Part shown: positions 1-16,373 of the stretch, one piece after another | How positions within the stretch are numbered: the stretch's first letter is position 1 | How the letters are laid out: each line of letters opens with the position of its first letter | From: the human T2T-CHM13v2.0 reference genome, Homo sapiens | Reading direction: 5' to 3' (one strand) | Length of the DNA stretch: 64,000 bases | Assembly: GCF_009914755.1 (NCBI RefSeq) | Contig: NC_060945.1 | The notes under the pieces: model-generated | What the model saw: the letters and a program-made list of their open reading frames with translations, nothing else | The model's database searches: none | What the model was told of the DNA's origin: nothing | Program-made: the position numbers and the translations under genes

Positions 1-381
1 GTAACAAAAATCAATACAGAGCCTAAGTCTGAAACTCACAGTATAAAATGTTTAAAATCTAAGTAATAACAGATTGGATATACATTTTATATGTTTAAGA
101 AATGTATACAGTTTGGGGAAGGAGTAAAAGGGGAAACTGATCAACCTTTCAGTATCATTTCTAGTGAGCTCTAGAGGCATCCAACCTAGTGCTGATTTTT
201 TTCTTAATCTGTTTTAATTTTATTCTCAACCACTTCTTCACATCTACTTCACATATTTTCTAATTCATCGTAGTCTGAAATTTGATCTGGATCTTCCTGG
301 GAACACTTTGACCCTTCCCTCCTTCTTCCTTTTGTTTTAACATTGTATATTTATAAATGGATAGACTATAAAATAAAGTCA

Positions 382-735
<354 letters not shown>

Positions 736-936
736 TCATGTTAAACTAAATGCTTAAAATAAGGCAAAAAAATAAAAAGTAAAATGTTGTGATTTGAGGC
801 GAACCAGTAAGAAAATGTGTTGGCAGAATTCCACTAAAGGTGTTTGAAGGAATGCCACGCCTCCAGGAAATGGAACAGAAAAATCTCTAGTTTCATATGT
901 CTGACTTATAGCACTATTTGTCTCTCATATTAATGA

Positions 937-1254
<318 letters not shown>

Positions 1255-4200
1255 TCAAAGTTGTTGTTCTTTATTGTTTTCAAATTTTTCTTCCCTATTT
1301 CTAGCACTAACATTATTTCCATCTTCTCTTCCTTTTCAATATGCAGGTATGAAATTAAGCATGACCCAAATATTCATGATGCAGGAGAAATCAATTAATG
1401 TTCCTAATCAAACTCATCCGAAGAAGCCTAACACCACTGCTTACAATCTCCCTTTGCTTCCACTCTTCATCTCACTGCCCTTGCCCCTCAGCTTTTAGGT
1501 CTTTACTTGAATGTCTAATGTTAAAAGAAAAATGGGTGCATTTGCCTGCTCTTTGATCACTCATTCTGGGCCCAGTGATATAAGAATGAACAAGAGCACT
1601 TCAAAAAACCAGACAATTGTTGTCAAAAAGCAATTCAAGGGGTCTGGGTATGAAGCTGTTAGATGCATTAGGTATACTGTTGAGCAGATGTAATGGCAAG
1701 GAAATTAAATTAAAGATTCCCTGTGATAGAGGATAAAGGAAAGTTTTTAAAAATATAAGTCACCGTGGCCTTAAACTATATGTCTTATTTTCACACTCTA
1801 TTAAAGAGCATATTTAGTATGAAAATCAAGATACAACCATAGTGTTGGCTTTGAATTTTATTAATGCCACCTTAAAAACTGATGTTAAGCTCTCCTGGCT
1901 AGCTTTAGTCTATATACTTAACAAAAGATTCAGAGAACTGGTTTTCCAATATCATTTTATGTGCAAAGTTCTGTGTTCAGTAAGTGGCTGTAAACTTAGC
2001 TCTTTACACTACATGACGAATTTTCAAAACCATCCATAGATTTTCCTTAGCAACCTGTGTTGTGAGTGTTCTTGAGCTGTATCTACATAAGTCATGGCCT
2101 TTCTCATCATCTGGCACTGTGGACTCAGGGATACAGCAGACACAGCTATCTTTTCTGGACTCAAGGTTAGTAAACATTTGAGAAAGGAAATTCAATAACC
2201 TGCTTTCACTGCACAATTTCTTTGCCAGTGCTTACCTTTATTTTTGAGGATCATACTCCTAGCCAGCTTGCCTAGAGCTAGCTTGTATAAACACTGCAGA
2301 ATGTCTACAAGTATCTTGGCCAAGGTTGGGAGGAGGGGGGTCCCATGAGACATGGCTTCTCCTTTTCTGAATCACAAATCTGCAGACACAGTGACTTTAG
2401 AGTGAGCACGCTGGTTTTTCAACCATAACCTAATTGCTGCATATTTCTTGTTGGAACTAAATCAGGAAACACTCAGTACTAATGAATTTACATTTGGCAG
2501 TGGACGAGTGCTACAAATGTCCAGCTACTTATGGCTAATAATTTTAAAAATAAATCAAATGCTTTGAATTTAACTTTACTCTCCGACCTCATTTCTCCAG
2601 TATTGCTGAAGGTGAGAGGGGGTGGGGTAAGATATTAGACATAAATGGAATTCCCATTTATAATGTACTCTTTAGGTACCATTGAAAAATTGTATATGTG
2701 TTGTCAGATTACCTGCTTAAAAATAGCAAATTGCTTTTCTGCCTTTATACTAGTCACAGTTTAACTTTCCTAGATAACTGAAAGTCATTTTTTTCTGTGT
2801 GTCAATTATTGTATCATGCTGAAATATAGCACTAACTTGAGGGACCATGTTGGTGAGATAGGGCTTTTGACCTTTAGAAAATGGTACCAGACCACTGTGC
2901 CTTTCATGTTTTCAGGCTATTTATAGCCTTTCTCTTATTGTTAAATAATATCATTTCTTGTTCTCAGATTACCTGTCTAAAGTCTCCCCACCCTCATCCA
3001 TCATGACTATTTTATTGCTTAAAAAAATTGAGTGGCCTAGAAAATTAGAACAGAAAAATGGTAGAACTGTAAAATACTAATAAATGGGCTCTGAGTGGAA
3101 GCCTGTGTAGCTTTCTATGAGTAAAGTTAAAAGGTTTTATAATATAGTTTTGTGACATCGTTTAGTCTTCTAACAAAGATGCATCTTTGTTATTCTATCA
3201 TCTTGGACTGTGACTGTCTTCTTAGTTCTCTCCCATGCTCTGTAGTTGAAATGTTAGCACCTCAATCATCTCTAAAGTGGGTTTGGTAGTTTCTATGGCC
3301 ACACTTTCACTTACATTGACTTAAGTGAGCTTTTTGGTTACATTTTAAAAGTTATTAAGTTATTTCAATTCATCTTTAAATAATAGCACTACAGGGAGTA
3401 CCACTGTTTCAATTCTGAATCTGAGTATGCTCTTTTGAAACAAAGTAAGACAGACATAACTGAGCTTTGTCATTGTGCCACACTGCTTTTCTTTGGTTTT
3501 TGTTATTCTGAAATCACTTTATTCATGTTATAAGCTACTGATAAAATAGGATTATTTTTATTGAAACAAAAGGCTGCCTAACCAAACCAAGATATTCAAA
3601 AGTGAGAAAGTCTAGATTGGATGAAAAAAATCAAATAAGTAAACTATAAGCATTTTCTGCTCAAGGAATTTTGATAATTGAATTTATTTAATATATATAC
3701 ATGAGAAATTTAGATACTTTTTTATTAGTGCAAATGAACAAGATCTATTTCTATTAAAATTATGTTCTTAGTTGTTCTCTATCATGAGCCCTTTGGAACA
3801 GAAACAGAGATATAAAAATATGTAAATTTGTTATAAAATCTTTAAAAAATCAGAGCATAGACTCTTTTAAATATAGAATTAATGTTAAAAATGAAGACAA
3901 TGCTGAAAGCATATTTACTGCATAGAAATTAAGATCACAAATTCCATAAACATGAAATAAATGAATCATTCCAAAATTAGGAACAAAATTCTCCACAGCA
4001 TTGTAATTAGCTGACCTAATATTTGCACAGGGAAAAAAATTTGGTCTCATTTTAGCCATAAGTATTTGCTGCCTTAGCAACTAAATCCATTCATTTAGTG
4101 ATTCAAGGTTTAGCTCAACTTCTTGGAATGTGTAACGTGTGATTTTGAAATAAAATATTAATGTTATTTTATTTTCAGAAAACCTGAAAAGAAGTAAAAC

Positions 4201-5805
4201 AGAAAAGCAATATTATACGTGGAGACTTAAGATTCCACCCAAGAAGGACTTTATGAGATACCGACCTGATCAATGTAGATAGGATGATAGTAAGGTAACA
4301 TTCATTTTAGGACTTTATCTGCATTTAATCCACAATGTAAACTGAGCTAAACATAAAATTACCATTGTATTACTGGTCTAAGGAAAAAGCTTCATACGTT
4401 AATTCTTATTGTTGTTTCCAAGTCTTTAAATTATTGACATATTTTTTCAACTAAAAAGGAACTTTTTTTTTGTATTGAGATATATTTTAAACCAAGCTGG
4501 ACTCAGATTGCTTTTCAAAATGAGACAAGCAAATATATAGTAACAGGCAGCTAAAGCCTTACCTGTTCACCACGAATGGAGCAAGAATGGGTTAATGAAC
4601 ATATTTTGACTCCATGGTATCAGAGAACTGTGCAGCTGAATTTCTTTATGTCTGAAATAATTTGAGTTTGTCCATTGTTCTGGTATTATGTAGCCACAGT
4701 TCAAAACAGTCAACATACTAAAAAATTATGGGACATTGAGTCATAAACTTTGTGGAACTGGGAAAAAGACGGTTGTCATAGATTATTCAACTTTGAACCG
4801 TATATCATGAGGTAATTTTATAGAAAATTATTATGATCAATAATTTCTGTCACATTCAATTTAACTACTAGTTTTAGAAACACAAATTTTAAGAGAACAT
4901 AAAATAAATGAGAATATGTCCATTTCTGTAACATAGGAAATTTCAGCTACATAATGTCTGATGATTCTTTAGAGTGCTAATGCATCTATCCTCCTGTGTT
5001 TTTATTACTTTAAAGTACTGAAGAATGCTTGGAAATTTGCAACAGCTTGTTTCAAAGATTACTTAGGGGTCAGAATTTATTATTTCTAAAAATTGTAACT
5101 TCCTCAGTATTTCAATGTAATTTACAGCACTGATCCTAGTCTTACAGAATTTAATAAAGTATGTTGTGCTCTTGAACTATATTTGAAGGATAAAGCCAAA
5201 GATTTTCTTTTGAAGTTCTTAAAGTGTTTTCCCATCATTCAGATTGCTTTTCTATTTCTGTTATGCAGTTTTTACTCTACTTTCAGGAGAATCTCCTATC
5301 AGAATAAAACCAAATTCTTCTAGTCAGTGCAAATCTAGAAAGCTTCCTCTTCTGGGCTTATGTTGCCATAAAGAGAATCCAGTAGAATTGTCACCTACAC
5401 CTTAACTGCACCCCTATAATAGGCATGTAACAAATAATTCTGAGAGTCATATTAATAGCAGGGAAACCAAGATGTCTGCCAAAGTTCTCACAGGAAGCTA
5501 GTGGTAAAAGAAGGAATAAAAGCCAGACTTTCAGGGCACTAGCTAGGCATTCTGTGTGGTCTTCCACACTGCTTCTCCTTTGAAATTTTTCAATTCAAAA
5601 GCCAAAATACCATAGCTAAAATGCCACCAAGGACGTTGGCAGTACATACCCACATATGATCAATTTTCTTGGTCTTTCTTCTGACACTATCCACACAACT
5701 ATTGTCTTAGAGGGCAAGATGAATATTATGAGGATATAATGAAGTCAAACTCCTAAGAATCCCAAATTTTGTTTCTCAGTCTGTGTTCTCCTAAATGATA
5801 CATAC

Positions 5806-5973
5806 CATGGCCATCATCCAGGAATTCTGTGATGGTGGCTGAAGTGCATTTGGACCAGGGCTTAGATGCATCAATGCTGGTAAGGATGGAAGACATTAAG
5901 CGCTTATCTTCTGTGGAACCAAAGGTCTCTTCACAGAATTTGGAATCGTCATGGGAGAGGCCAAGTAAATGTC
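5806..5973 (-). CDS. ADAMTS5: ADAMTS5 coding exon 3 (GHLLGLSHDDSKFCEETFGSTEDKRLMSSILTSIDASKPWSKCTSATITEFLDDGH+G)
   Basis: Within ORF 5753..5986. Acceptor tgtctcccttAG|GAC, donor CATG|GTATGT. 168 nt, phase 1-1. Completes HEXXHXXGXXH and contains the Met-turn. Confidence 0.98.
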
Positions 5974-8900
5974 CTAAGGGAGACAACAGAGGAAGTACAA
6001 ATAATCCGTGATTGTGTATTTCTATCTTTCCATGACAATTATGCTAGGGCTTGATTTTTTTCCCCTAATTGTAGATGAGTTCACTTTAACTGCTTTCTCA
6101 CCCAGAGACTGGACCTCCAGGGAAATAAAAGTTGCATGGAGTTAGTGTAGCAGTTGCTTTTGGTGAACATTTCGATGGAAACTGAAAAACTAAAGAGTAG
6201 ATGTTCCCATAATTCATCTGGATCACATATGCTTAATGTCATGTGGAAACAAAGCCTTATTTAGAATCTAGAGTTTGCGAGACAATTGTGGGATTATGTC
6301 ATAGCCCTCACCACATATCATTTTGATTGTCTAATTTTCTGCCTTCTCTGATCAAGCCCCATGAGATCAAAGTGAATTTGCTCCCATATACTGTTGAAAC
6401 CTCTGTATTGAACTTAGTGCTGTGCAAGTTGCAAACACTTAGTAGATGGTTTTTGAATGTCAGTGACTTATTTTCTTAGTCAAGTAAATAGGTGGCTAAT
6501 AAAAGGGAGGACTAGGGGAGACAAAGAAAGAGAAGTGAAATGAGGAAGTTTCCGGTTTCTTGCAAAACTAAGCTTGCTTCATCCGTTCATTTCTTTTGGT
6601 GATTTAGTGAGTTATGAATGTTTACTATTGTCACAAACATATAGCTCATTTTGAAAACATACCCATTTACATTTTAAAATGTCAAAATACCAATAATATG
6701 GAGTTTGAGAGCTTGAAGAAAGGACAGCTTGGTTTCCCAAGTGATAGTTGTGAGTGTTCAAAACCACTCAGCCAGGTGATATTTGTGCTTAAGCCTCTCA
6801 ACCAACAATGTTCTCTGAAGTTCCAGTCAAGCTAGATATTATTTCACAGAGCCCATAATTGCATTCTTATAATCCAAGTAAATTGCTTTTTATTACATAA
6901 GATCAATTTTCATGCAGTCTAAGGATAAAATGATATTCCACAACAAATTTACAATGCTATTTAAAACATCTAGGACAGTAGTTTGAGCAATTACAAACTC
7001 TAAAAAGTAGACAGCAAATCATCCTAGTGGTGTTTTTAACAAAGCTTTCTAGAATCATACACAAACCACTAAAACAAATTTAGGAAACACTGTAGCAAAC
7101 TGATGACTACATTCTCCTTGGGATCTTGAATGCCAAACGCAGAAAACTTTGGCCATTCTAGCAAAAGAGTCCAGTGTGCACCAATAAAACCCAACAGAGA
7201 TGAAATCTTTCACTTTATATTCCGACTACTTTGGGCCAACTTGTTAAATCACCAACACCTCATAACAAAATTGTCCACTGAGCAACTGACTGCTGTTATG
7301 GCTGAAAATAAGTGGCTAGGGCTCGGTGACCTTCCAAGCCTCCACATTTTTATGTTATTTATACAGATATTTACTTCGACAGCATTTACTAGGCTTACAA
7401 GTTTTCTCTGGGAAGTTCTCCCACCACCACTTAACATTTTGTTTGGTCAGTAGCATAAGTGTGCATTATAGTCTATATATAAAGTATGTCCCAAATAACT
7501 TGCAAAGGAAATTAGCAGGGGCTCATCTAATTTTTGAGTGGTTTGTTGAGTTTTTCAAGAAACTCACAGCTCACAGAAAAAAAAAAAAAACAATCTTTCA
7601 TTCATGTACTATTAGAAATGACTTAAAGTTACTTAGTACATGAAATACTTGCTGATATCGCACTCTACACTTCCCAAAATTTTCCAAGATAGAAGATTTA
7701 TCAGTTAACACTGAGGGATATGGTGGAAATTTCACTCTTGAGTTTTTTCCTCTGGCATAGAAGAAAAGTGTCCCCAAGTGACCTCTGCAACATAATATTT
7801 ATTTGAATCCAGGTTTTTACTTAAAAAATGTGACGTATACATTCTACTTCATAGGATATTTATATTTATTTAATGAAGTAATGGCCTTTTCCTCCAAATC
7901 TATATAAATACATAGCACTTTCCATATGCCTTTTTATTATTGTATCAAGAGATTTTCACTTCATTTGGAGGGTAGATTTTAGAATTCTGATTTAAAATAT
8001 AGGACACATGGCAGACACGAAATTCACTTTGAGGGACCTGAGAAAGTACCTTCATTCTCTCTTTCAGAGAGGTGAAGCATGTAATTTTAAAGGTTTCAAT
8101 TATGTAAGCAAGTCAATTTAATTTTGAAATATTTCAGCATCATTTATGAATCTTTTGGAATACTAGTTAATATAACATTATGACTTCTATGCTCCCCAAA
8201 TTTGCTCATTTTCCACTGAAACTTAATTGCCACTGAAGATGCATAGAGGAAATTGCACTGCGAAAGACTGCCTTTCAAGCATGAACAAATCTTTGCTTCA
8301 CCTCAGCAAGGGGATGTGACTTTTGTAAGATCTCCAAAAGTCAGGCAGAAACAGACTGCTTAGAGTCAACTGAAAGAGATCGACTCTTTTGAGGGCGAAT
8401 GAACACTCTGTGCTCCATGAAGAAAGCCTGTCAGCTCTCTGGGAGAGGCATGCTCTCTCAAGGGCAGCGAGAGTCCTGGGCAATGTGAAGAACACTTAAG
8501 CACCCAAAGTAACAGGCAGCCAGTTCCAGAGTAGCTGGAACCAGGGCATGGCGAGAGAACCGCGTGACTTCCCTTCAGGAGCTGGACAGGATATGAAAGG
8601 GAAGATCAATGTGAGGGATGTTTGGATGCTCTTCAGGAAAGACGTGACACACATTCTAAAGGCTGCAAACAGCAAAAGGAGTGGTATTTTGTAATTCGAG
8701 CCCCCAGTCAATTATGCTAAGACATTTACTCTTAGTTGAAATCGGCCTTGAAATAGCAAAAGTATACAAAAGTATAAGCAATTTTAAAGGAGTGCTCACG
8801 GTAAAGACGGCACGCTATGATACCAAAAGCTAACTACCAGAGAAAATCCAGAATCCGGGGAATTTAAAATACAGTGTCACAGCTGACAACTGTCTTTTAA

Positions 8901-9839
8901 GTAGGGATTGTGAAGGGGAATTGGAAAAGCTAATAGCTTTGAAGACATCTGCCTTTTCAGGGAGAGTTTGTTCATAAATCATTCACAGAGATGTTTAAAA
9001 TGAATGGTGTGGTTTGGAGATTAAGCATTTCTTGGACAAGCAGACCCCAGGAGCATTAGCAGCAGATAGGATTAGATATCCCTGTCTCAGAGAGTAAAAC
9101 AGCACATGAAGAATATAAAAGAGTGTGGAGAAAATGTGTACAATGCCAAAAGTAATTTGTTGTTTACATCAAATTGTATTACATGATGAGTTTTTAGAGC
9201 AATACAGAGCAACAGAGTTAGTTGAGGGTGAGGTTTTAGAGGAGGCAGGGGGATGGAATCGAGAAATCCACATAGAATGGCAATCCTTACCCTTGGAAAA
9301 AGAGAAAGAGTTCTTTTTTGGAGAGTCAGAGTGTTGCAAGAGAAGGGTGGGGAGGACTGAAAGCCATTTTGACAGAGATCTGAGGAAGCTCCCTCACTAA
9401 AATAGGACGTGAAACTCCTAGTGAGAGAAAAGGCAGAGGTGGGTTTCGAGGTAACTATCTGCTGTCAGGATTTAAAGCAGAGGTAGTGAAGTCTTGCTTT
9501 AGGGAAGAATTAGTGTTTGTGTTTAGGACCATTTATAATCAGCAGACATGCAAAAGATCGAAAAGCAGTTTGCTTGAGCAATTTTGTTTACAATACTCTT
9601 TCTCAGCTATCTTTAATTCTTGATGATGTAATTGGAAGCTTTTCACCTAAAACCCTGAGGCAACTAAGGACCAAACACACTTGTGTAATAGATGCACTTG
9701 TTAATGACCTCTGTATTTATATGCTAAATAGGGTTTTAACTGGGGAGGGGAGATAGAAGCCAGAGTGAAATTCAGAGAATAATGCAACTGTCTAATCCAC
9801 GAGTATTTTCCAAGCGGTGCCTACCTCAGAACTATATTT

Positions 9840-10158
<319 letters not shown>

Positions 10159-11254
10159 TCAGAACTGTATTTCGCTGTTTGAAATAATTAGTAAAAGCTA
10201 AGGTGTAAATTGTGTTAGATGATGTTGACCTATTCTTAATTGATGTTAAATCATACAACAGTCATGCTGAGTGTCTGTCAGCAAGTAACATCAGAAAGGA
10301 GTTTATTTGAATTAATCTAAGAAATTAAATGTAATGATAAATTATGTCAGAGTAAAGTCTATAGGACTGAGAGTTTGAGTTACATTGTTAGCTCATAAAT
10401 AGCAAACAAATCGTCACCTGATAACTTTTCTGGTATGAAAATTCTCTTTTTCAATTGGCAAAGGGGTGACATTTTATAAAATAAATGTTATCTTTGATAT
10501 TCCCAATACAGATTTTAAGAACACCTTGCTTCATTAAATTCACAAGAGAATCTGGTGTTAGAAAATCTGTGATAATGTGTAGCCAGATGAAGACACATCA
10601 CTTTAAAGGAAACTGTTGGTTCAGCTTCTTATTCAACCCAGGCATTACTGTACAACCAGGGCTGACTTATAACATTAACCTCAGGAAGGAAATTGGTTGT
10701 TTTTCTAAACTTTGGTCTGCAAATTAAACAGAATTTCAAGCTCTTGTCTCCTGATCCCAAACTGACCAATGGTCAAGGGGACACAGTACCACATCCTAAA
10801 AAAATGTCACAAGAAGCTCTGTAATGTGTTTACTCGGGAAAGCACTGCTCAGATGAAGCATCTGTTTCTTAATGAGGTCATGTTTTTATTTTACCTAATT
10901 TTCCAGCTGGGATTATGGAGGTGCACGGTCTTGCCAGGGGTTGAAAAGTGAGTCAACTGCTCACATGGAATCAGAATCTAGAATCCTTGAAGAAGGGAAC
11001 CATGAGCTCCAGTCATTGGATCATGCATGCTTATTCAAACACGAATCTTTACATAGATGTGATAAAACTCTTATAACTCCCATTTGAAAGCATTAAACAT
11101 GAATGGTAAATGTGGTATCAATTATGTAATTTGGAAGGAAGAAACTCTAACTTTTTCACCTTATAACTAGCTGTGTCAATATCCTTTTGAATCCATTTCA
11201 GAATTATAGCCTTTAAAGTAAAAACTGTCTAAAAAAACATTCTAGAAGCATATA

Positions 11255-11500
11255 AACATCTTGAGCTCTGGAGCCAGATGGATTGGGTTTTAATCTCACT
11301 TTAGCAGTATATTAGTTGTTGACCTTAGACGGGTTTAGAAAGTACCCTGTGTGTTAGCTTCATTCTCTCTCTTGGGTGACCCACTAATGGTACTTACCTC
11401 ATGGCATTTTGTAAGAATTAAATGATATAAAACATGCAAAGTGATTAGAATATGTGCTTGACATATATCAAAGGACCAGTGATTGTTAGCTAACTTTATT
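11255..11500 (+). mobile_element. MIR SINE (degenerate)
   Basis: Resembles MIR core: ctggagccaga...tgaccttag...tacttacctcatggcattttgtaagaattaaatgat. Confidence 0.6.
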
Positions 11501-11561
11501 GTCCTCATTGATATTCTGGGATTGTTATATACTTTTACTTATAAGTATTCTAGTAATCAGT

Positions 11562-11903
11562 GATATATATATATATATATCACACATATATCCATATATA
11601 TATATCACACATATATATATATATGGAGAGAGAGAGAGAGAGAGAGAGAGTCTTGCTGTATCACCCAGGCTGGTGTGCAGTCATGCTATCAAAGCCCACT
11701 GAAGCCTCCATCTCTTGGGTTCAAATGATCCTCATACCTTCTGACTAGCTGGGACTACAGGTGCACACCACCACCCTTGGCTAATTTATTTATTTATTAC
11801 TTATTTATTTATTTTTTTACTTTTTGTAGAGACAGGGTCTCACTATGATGCCAGGGCTTGTCTCAAACTGTTGGGATTACAAGCATGAGCCACCACACCA
11901 GCC
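11562..11903 (-). mobile_element. Alu (AluJ-like, internal deletion) with (TA)n/(GA)n microsatellite in tail
   Basis: Diverged reverse-complement Alu 11645-11903. Tail replaced by TA/CA/GA repeats 11562-11650. Confidence 0.88.
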
Positions 11904-13288
11904 AACAAGCTTTGATATTACTAGACACTCTTTATGTGGGAGGGAAGAGGAAACTTCCTAAACATAAAAGAAAAAAAATCACTCAGCAAGTGTGTGTTAG
12001 AGTTACTTTTTATGCCACCTTCAATTTGCTGGTTTCCACACATGTGCTAGATAATCTATAGGTTTCTCCCTAGAGAAACATGAATTGGGATTAAGTTTTT
12101 AAAAACTGACAATAGACACAAAATCTCTCAATATTCCTCAACATATAGCAAAAACTTATTCCCACATTTTATTTGGGGGCCAAGAAAGACATAGTGTGGC
12201 TTTCCTCCAAACTGCTTGTTGATTAAAGCAATGGGTTTGCGGGAAAATATCAAGTTTAATCCTAGTTTCCTTCGAACTTTACATCTTACAACAAGCCTGG
12301 ACATCTGATTCTGTGTATTTGGATTTGGTCTGTGGTGTTTCAAGAACCTCTGCAGCTTTTCAAAATATGGCCGTGTTTAATCTAATCATCTACAGAAGCA
12401 GAGTCACACACAGATCAGCACAACCAGGGAACACCTTTTAACCACACCAAAACACAGGCGGCTTTGCTGTTGTGTCTCAACCACTTCCTAAGTCTCAGCT
12501 GAATATTTGGTCTTGACTTGTTAAGTTGCCTGAGTTTAGCTTAGGAAGCACACTGGAGTCTTTCACAGTAGAGAGATTCACTTAGTGCATTTTATAATTA
12601 ACCACTATAAAGCAAAGCTTCGGCATGTTTGCAAATTATGGATTTCATTTGTCTAAATAAAATCAGATTGTTCCTCCTAGTGTATTAGAAGCTGGCCCAA
12701 CATCAATAAAATTATTGTTTTTAAGGACCATATGTGCAGCAGGTGAAATCTTTATTATTACAAGTCAATAATAAAAGTTTGACAAGTTAAAATATAAACT
12801 CAAAATGTAAACTTACACTAACTTGAAAACTTTCTGCAGTTCACATTTGGATTGTAAAGTGGCTGTAAACACATTCCTGTCTCCACTCAAGGAACATGGA
12901 TGGGGACTGTGTTTTTGATAGTTTGAAGTGACTTTCTGAAATGTCTTAACAATTTAGCCAACATTTACATGCATATAACACAAGAAGGAAAGCACTTTTT
13001 GACTGCCTATCCAGAATCAATGTCAATCAATATCCATCTTCCAGAAGTCTGTATTGGCATCAGTTGATTAGTTACCTTCAAAATCTAGCAGCTTTTTTGA
13101 AAGAATTAGCAGAAAAAAAGAAGTGTTCTAGTTTCAAATGGTATATGAAAAGAGTAAGTTTTCATAATTGTTCATTTTTAACCTGTGTCATTTTGACTTC
13201 AAATAATTTAATGCCGTGGGTAGAAATGGTGTCAGATAGAGACTACAGCTCTGCCTCTATTTACCTGATGAGTTAATTATCAAGGTAA

Positions 13289-13502
<214 letters not shown>

Positions 13503-13849
13503 TTAATGAACTAAAAAGAAAATTTTGATTCAGTTTATTCATGCACAAAATAGATATGACTTTCTATTTTAAACCACTGTGAAGAGAAAGAGGAAACAGT
13601 TGTGCGTTTCCACGAGAACCTGTAAGTAGGTTAATGGAAGAGTTATTCTTGCTCAAATATATCCTTTTACTGCTTATAGAAGAAATAAAGTAGAAAAATT
13701 ATGGGAACAGCCTGGGAATCTCTCCTAGCTTGTGTTTTGAGCACAGTAACACATTCACACTGTTTGCATAAAGGAAATTACACATTTTGGAATGAGGCTA
13801 GAGTAAATTTAAAACACTGGAAAACTGAGCATTCAAAACGTCATTTTCA

Positions 13850-14168
<319 letters not shown>

Positions 14169-16254
14169 TTAGAATCGAGAGCATGGTTAGCTCAGACTGA
14201 GAGCTTCACACAGCAATCCAAAAAATAGAGCACGGGAAACAAACCAGCAAGCTGCATTATCCAAGATCACACTGGCTGGAGGGGCAAGACTCTGTAATAA
14301 TACACAGATGATCAGGAAATCTTTTGTCAGGCTATCTTTCCTAAACGTTGAAGGCTTATTTTTTATAACACATGTTCATAATATTTAGGCAAAAAGTGAA
14401 ATTAAAGAATAATAAAGAGATTAGAAAATAAACTGAATGAGAACCAGATTCTTTTATGAAAGCAGAATTGAATCCATATTCCCCCACTTCCAGACCTTAA
14501 ATAGCTCAGATTAGTTCATATGTAATACAAAAGGGAAGTTAAATAGAGAGTGTTTGATTGGGCAATGAATTACAGGGACTTCTAAAGAAATAAACAAAGA
14601 TGATCCAACCAAAAATTTAAGTGCACAGAAGGGCATAATCATATATCAAAGATTTAGGTTTGAGTTTTCATACAGAAGCCCACCTTTCTCCTACGTTGTT
14701 TCCTTGTATAACTATGTCTAATATTCTTGTACTATTGAGAAAAGTTCTTACTGTGTGTGTACACACACATGTATATATTTAGTTTTAATATAACGTTTGT
14801 GCTTATCAGCATCTGGCTTCCTGCCTCTCAGACTGCTGCATCAGCCTTGTAACCCAAGATTGCCTTAGGAATTCAGGAGAGCTGGGAAAGGTGACCCTGC
14901 AGGGCTCTTCAATCCTCCCTAGTTAACTTGAGGTCAAAGCATCCCTGAAGAAGCTGCACTTATTGCCACAGTGTTTGTCTTACAGGGAAATCTCCCAGAT
15001 GCAGTCAATGTGTGAAAACCAATCACTAGAAAGGAAAGAAACTGCCCTTCCTTTAAGGAATGTGGAATCTTTCCTTTTGAAGATCAAGATTTGGAGCCCA
15101 TAATCCTGTGGATGGATGACGCCAACATTCAGCTCTGCTGCTTATTCCCCATAATTTCTCCGCTTGACCTGTGACGAATCAGCTTCTGCCTTTCCAGGGA
15201 CTTAGAACCTTTCTTATGGGACTCCTCTCACTCTGAATGATGGTGATTAATTACCAGTGTACTTTAAAAGTCTCCTCTATTTAATTACATCCTCCTGAGT
15301 ATTTGGACTAATTCCTCTTAGTTTCCGGTGCAGATCGGAATGTTGCCTTGAGCAAGTCTCATGTTTCTTTCTCCCGCTTACGCAGTCAAGCACATACATA
15401 GATATGTAATAAATATTGATTAAGGTTCTGTATTAGGCTGTGTTTTTATCAGTAAGGATTAATAGGCATAAATGAGAGACATGATCCCTACCCTGGAGCC
15501 TAAATGGCATGTGTTATAAAGACGCTTTCAGGCTGACCAGTTCTTCTAGTGCAGCTGAGAAGACAGCCATGCCTCCTCATTAGCCCACTTTATAGGGAAG
15601 AAATGGAGACTCAAAGTATCTAAATCACTTGTCTGAGATAAAACAGAGAACCCAGAGACAGAGCTGGGACTCCACTCAGATCTTTGACTACTGAAGCCAA
15701 AGATGCCTAATCAATAAAACACTGAATTATTCTCAGTGATGCTATTGGATAATTATTTACGTTTAGGTTTTATATTTGTGTTTTTCTGCTTAGGAGGTAA
15801 GAAACGTGTCAGGAACATTAATGCCATACTTAAGAACTGACATTTAACTACTGAATTCTGTTTTACTGGGGCAATATTGTGAATTATGCAATTACACTGT
15901 ACCTTGGATTAGAAGTTATTTAACTCCCCAAAGAAAACATAGCAGTTAGAAATGGATGCTTTGTGAAAATATTCTCTGCCTATTAGGAATGTAAAAAAGT
16001 AGTTTTAATTCCCATTTAAAAGTTATAATTTTAACCTTAAAAATCAAAATCTGTTTAAATCAAAATCTTTTTTGCTATAGATGGCAAAAGGTACCATAAT
16101 TATCAAACCATGCTTTGCTCCCAAAAATGTGATGCTGAGTTGATACATACATTTCAAAAGCAAATGAACTATTTAGCTAAAAAGCAAAACATAAGTACAT
16201 GTGGATATAAATAACATCTACTATCTAAACTCTACCCAATATATTCCCCAAAAT

Positions 16255-16373
16255 AATTCCCTGAAATAGGCACTATTATCCCTATGTTTCAGATATGAAA
16301 ACTGGAGCTCAGAGAGTTTAAATAATTAGACCAGTGTGACATAGGTATAAAGTAATTTAGCAAAAATTGAGCT
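16255..16373 (-). mobile_element. MIR fragment abutting the MIR4759 hairpin
   Basis: tattatccctatgtttcagatatgaaaactggagctcagagagtttaaataa resembles the MIR core. Confidence 0.6.

Noticed and set aside
14752-14769. (TG)n(AC)n 18-bp palindrome
   Set aside because: Common microsatellite junction with no evidence of function.
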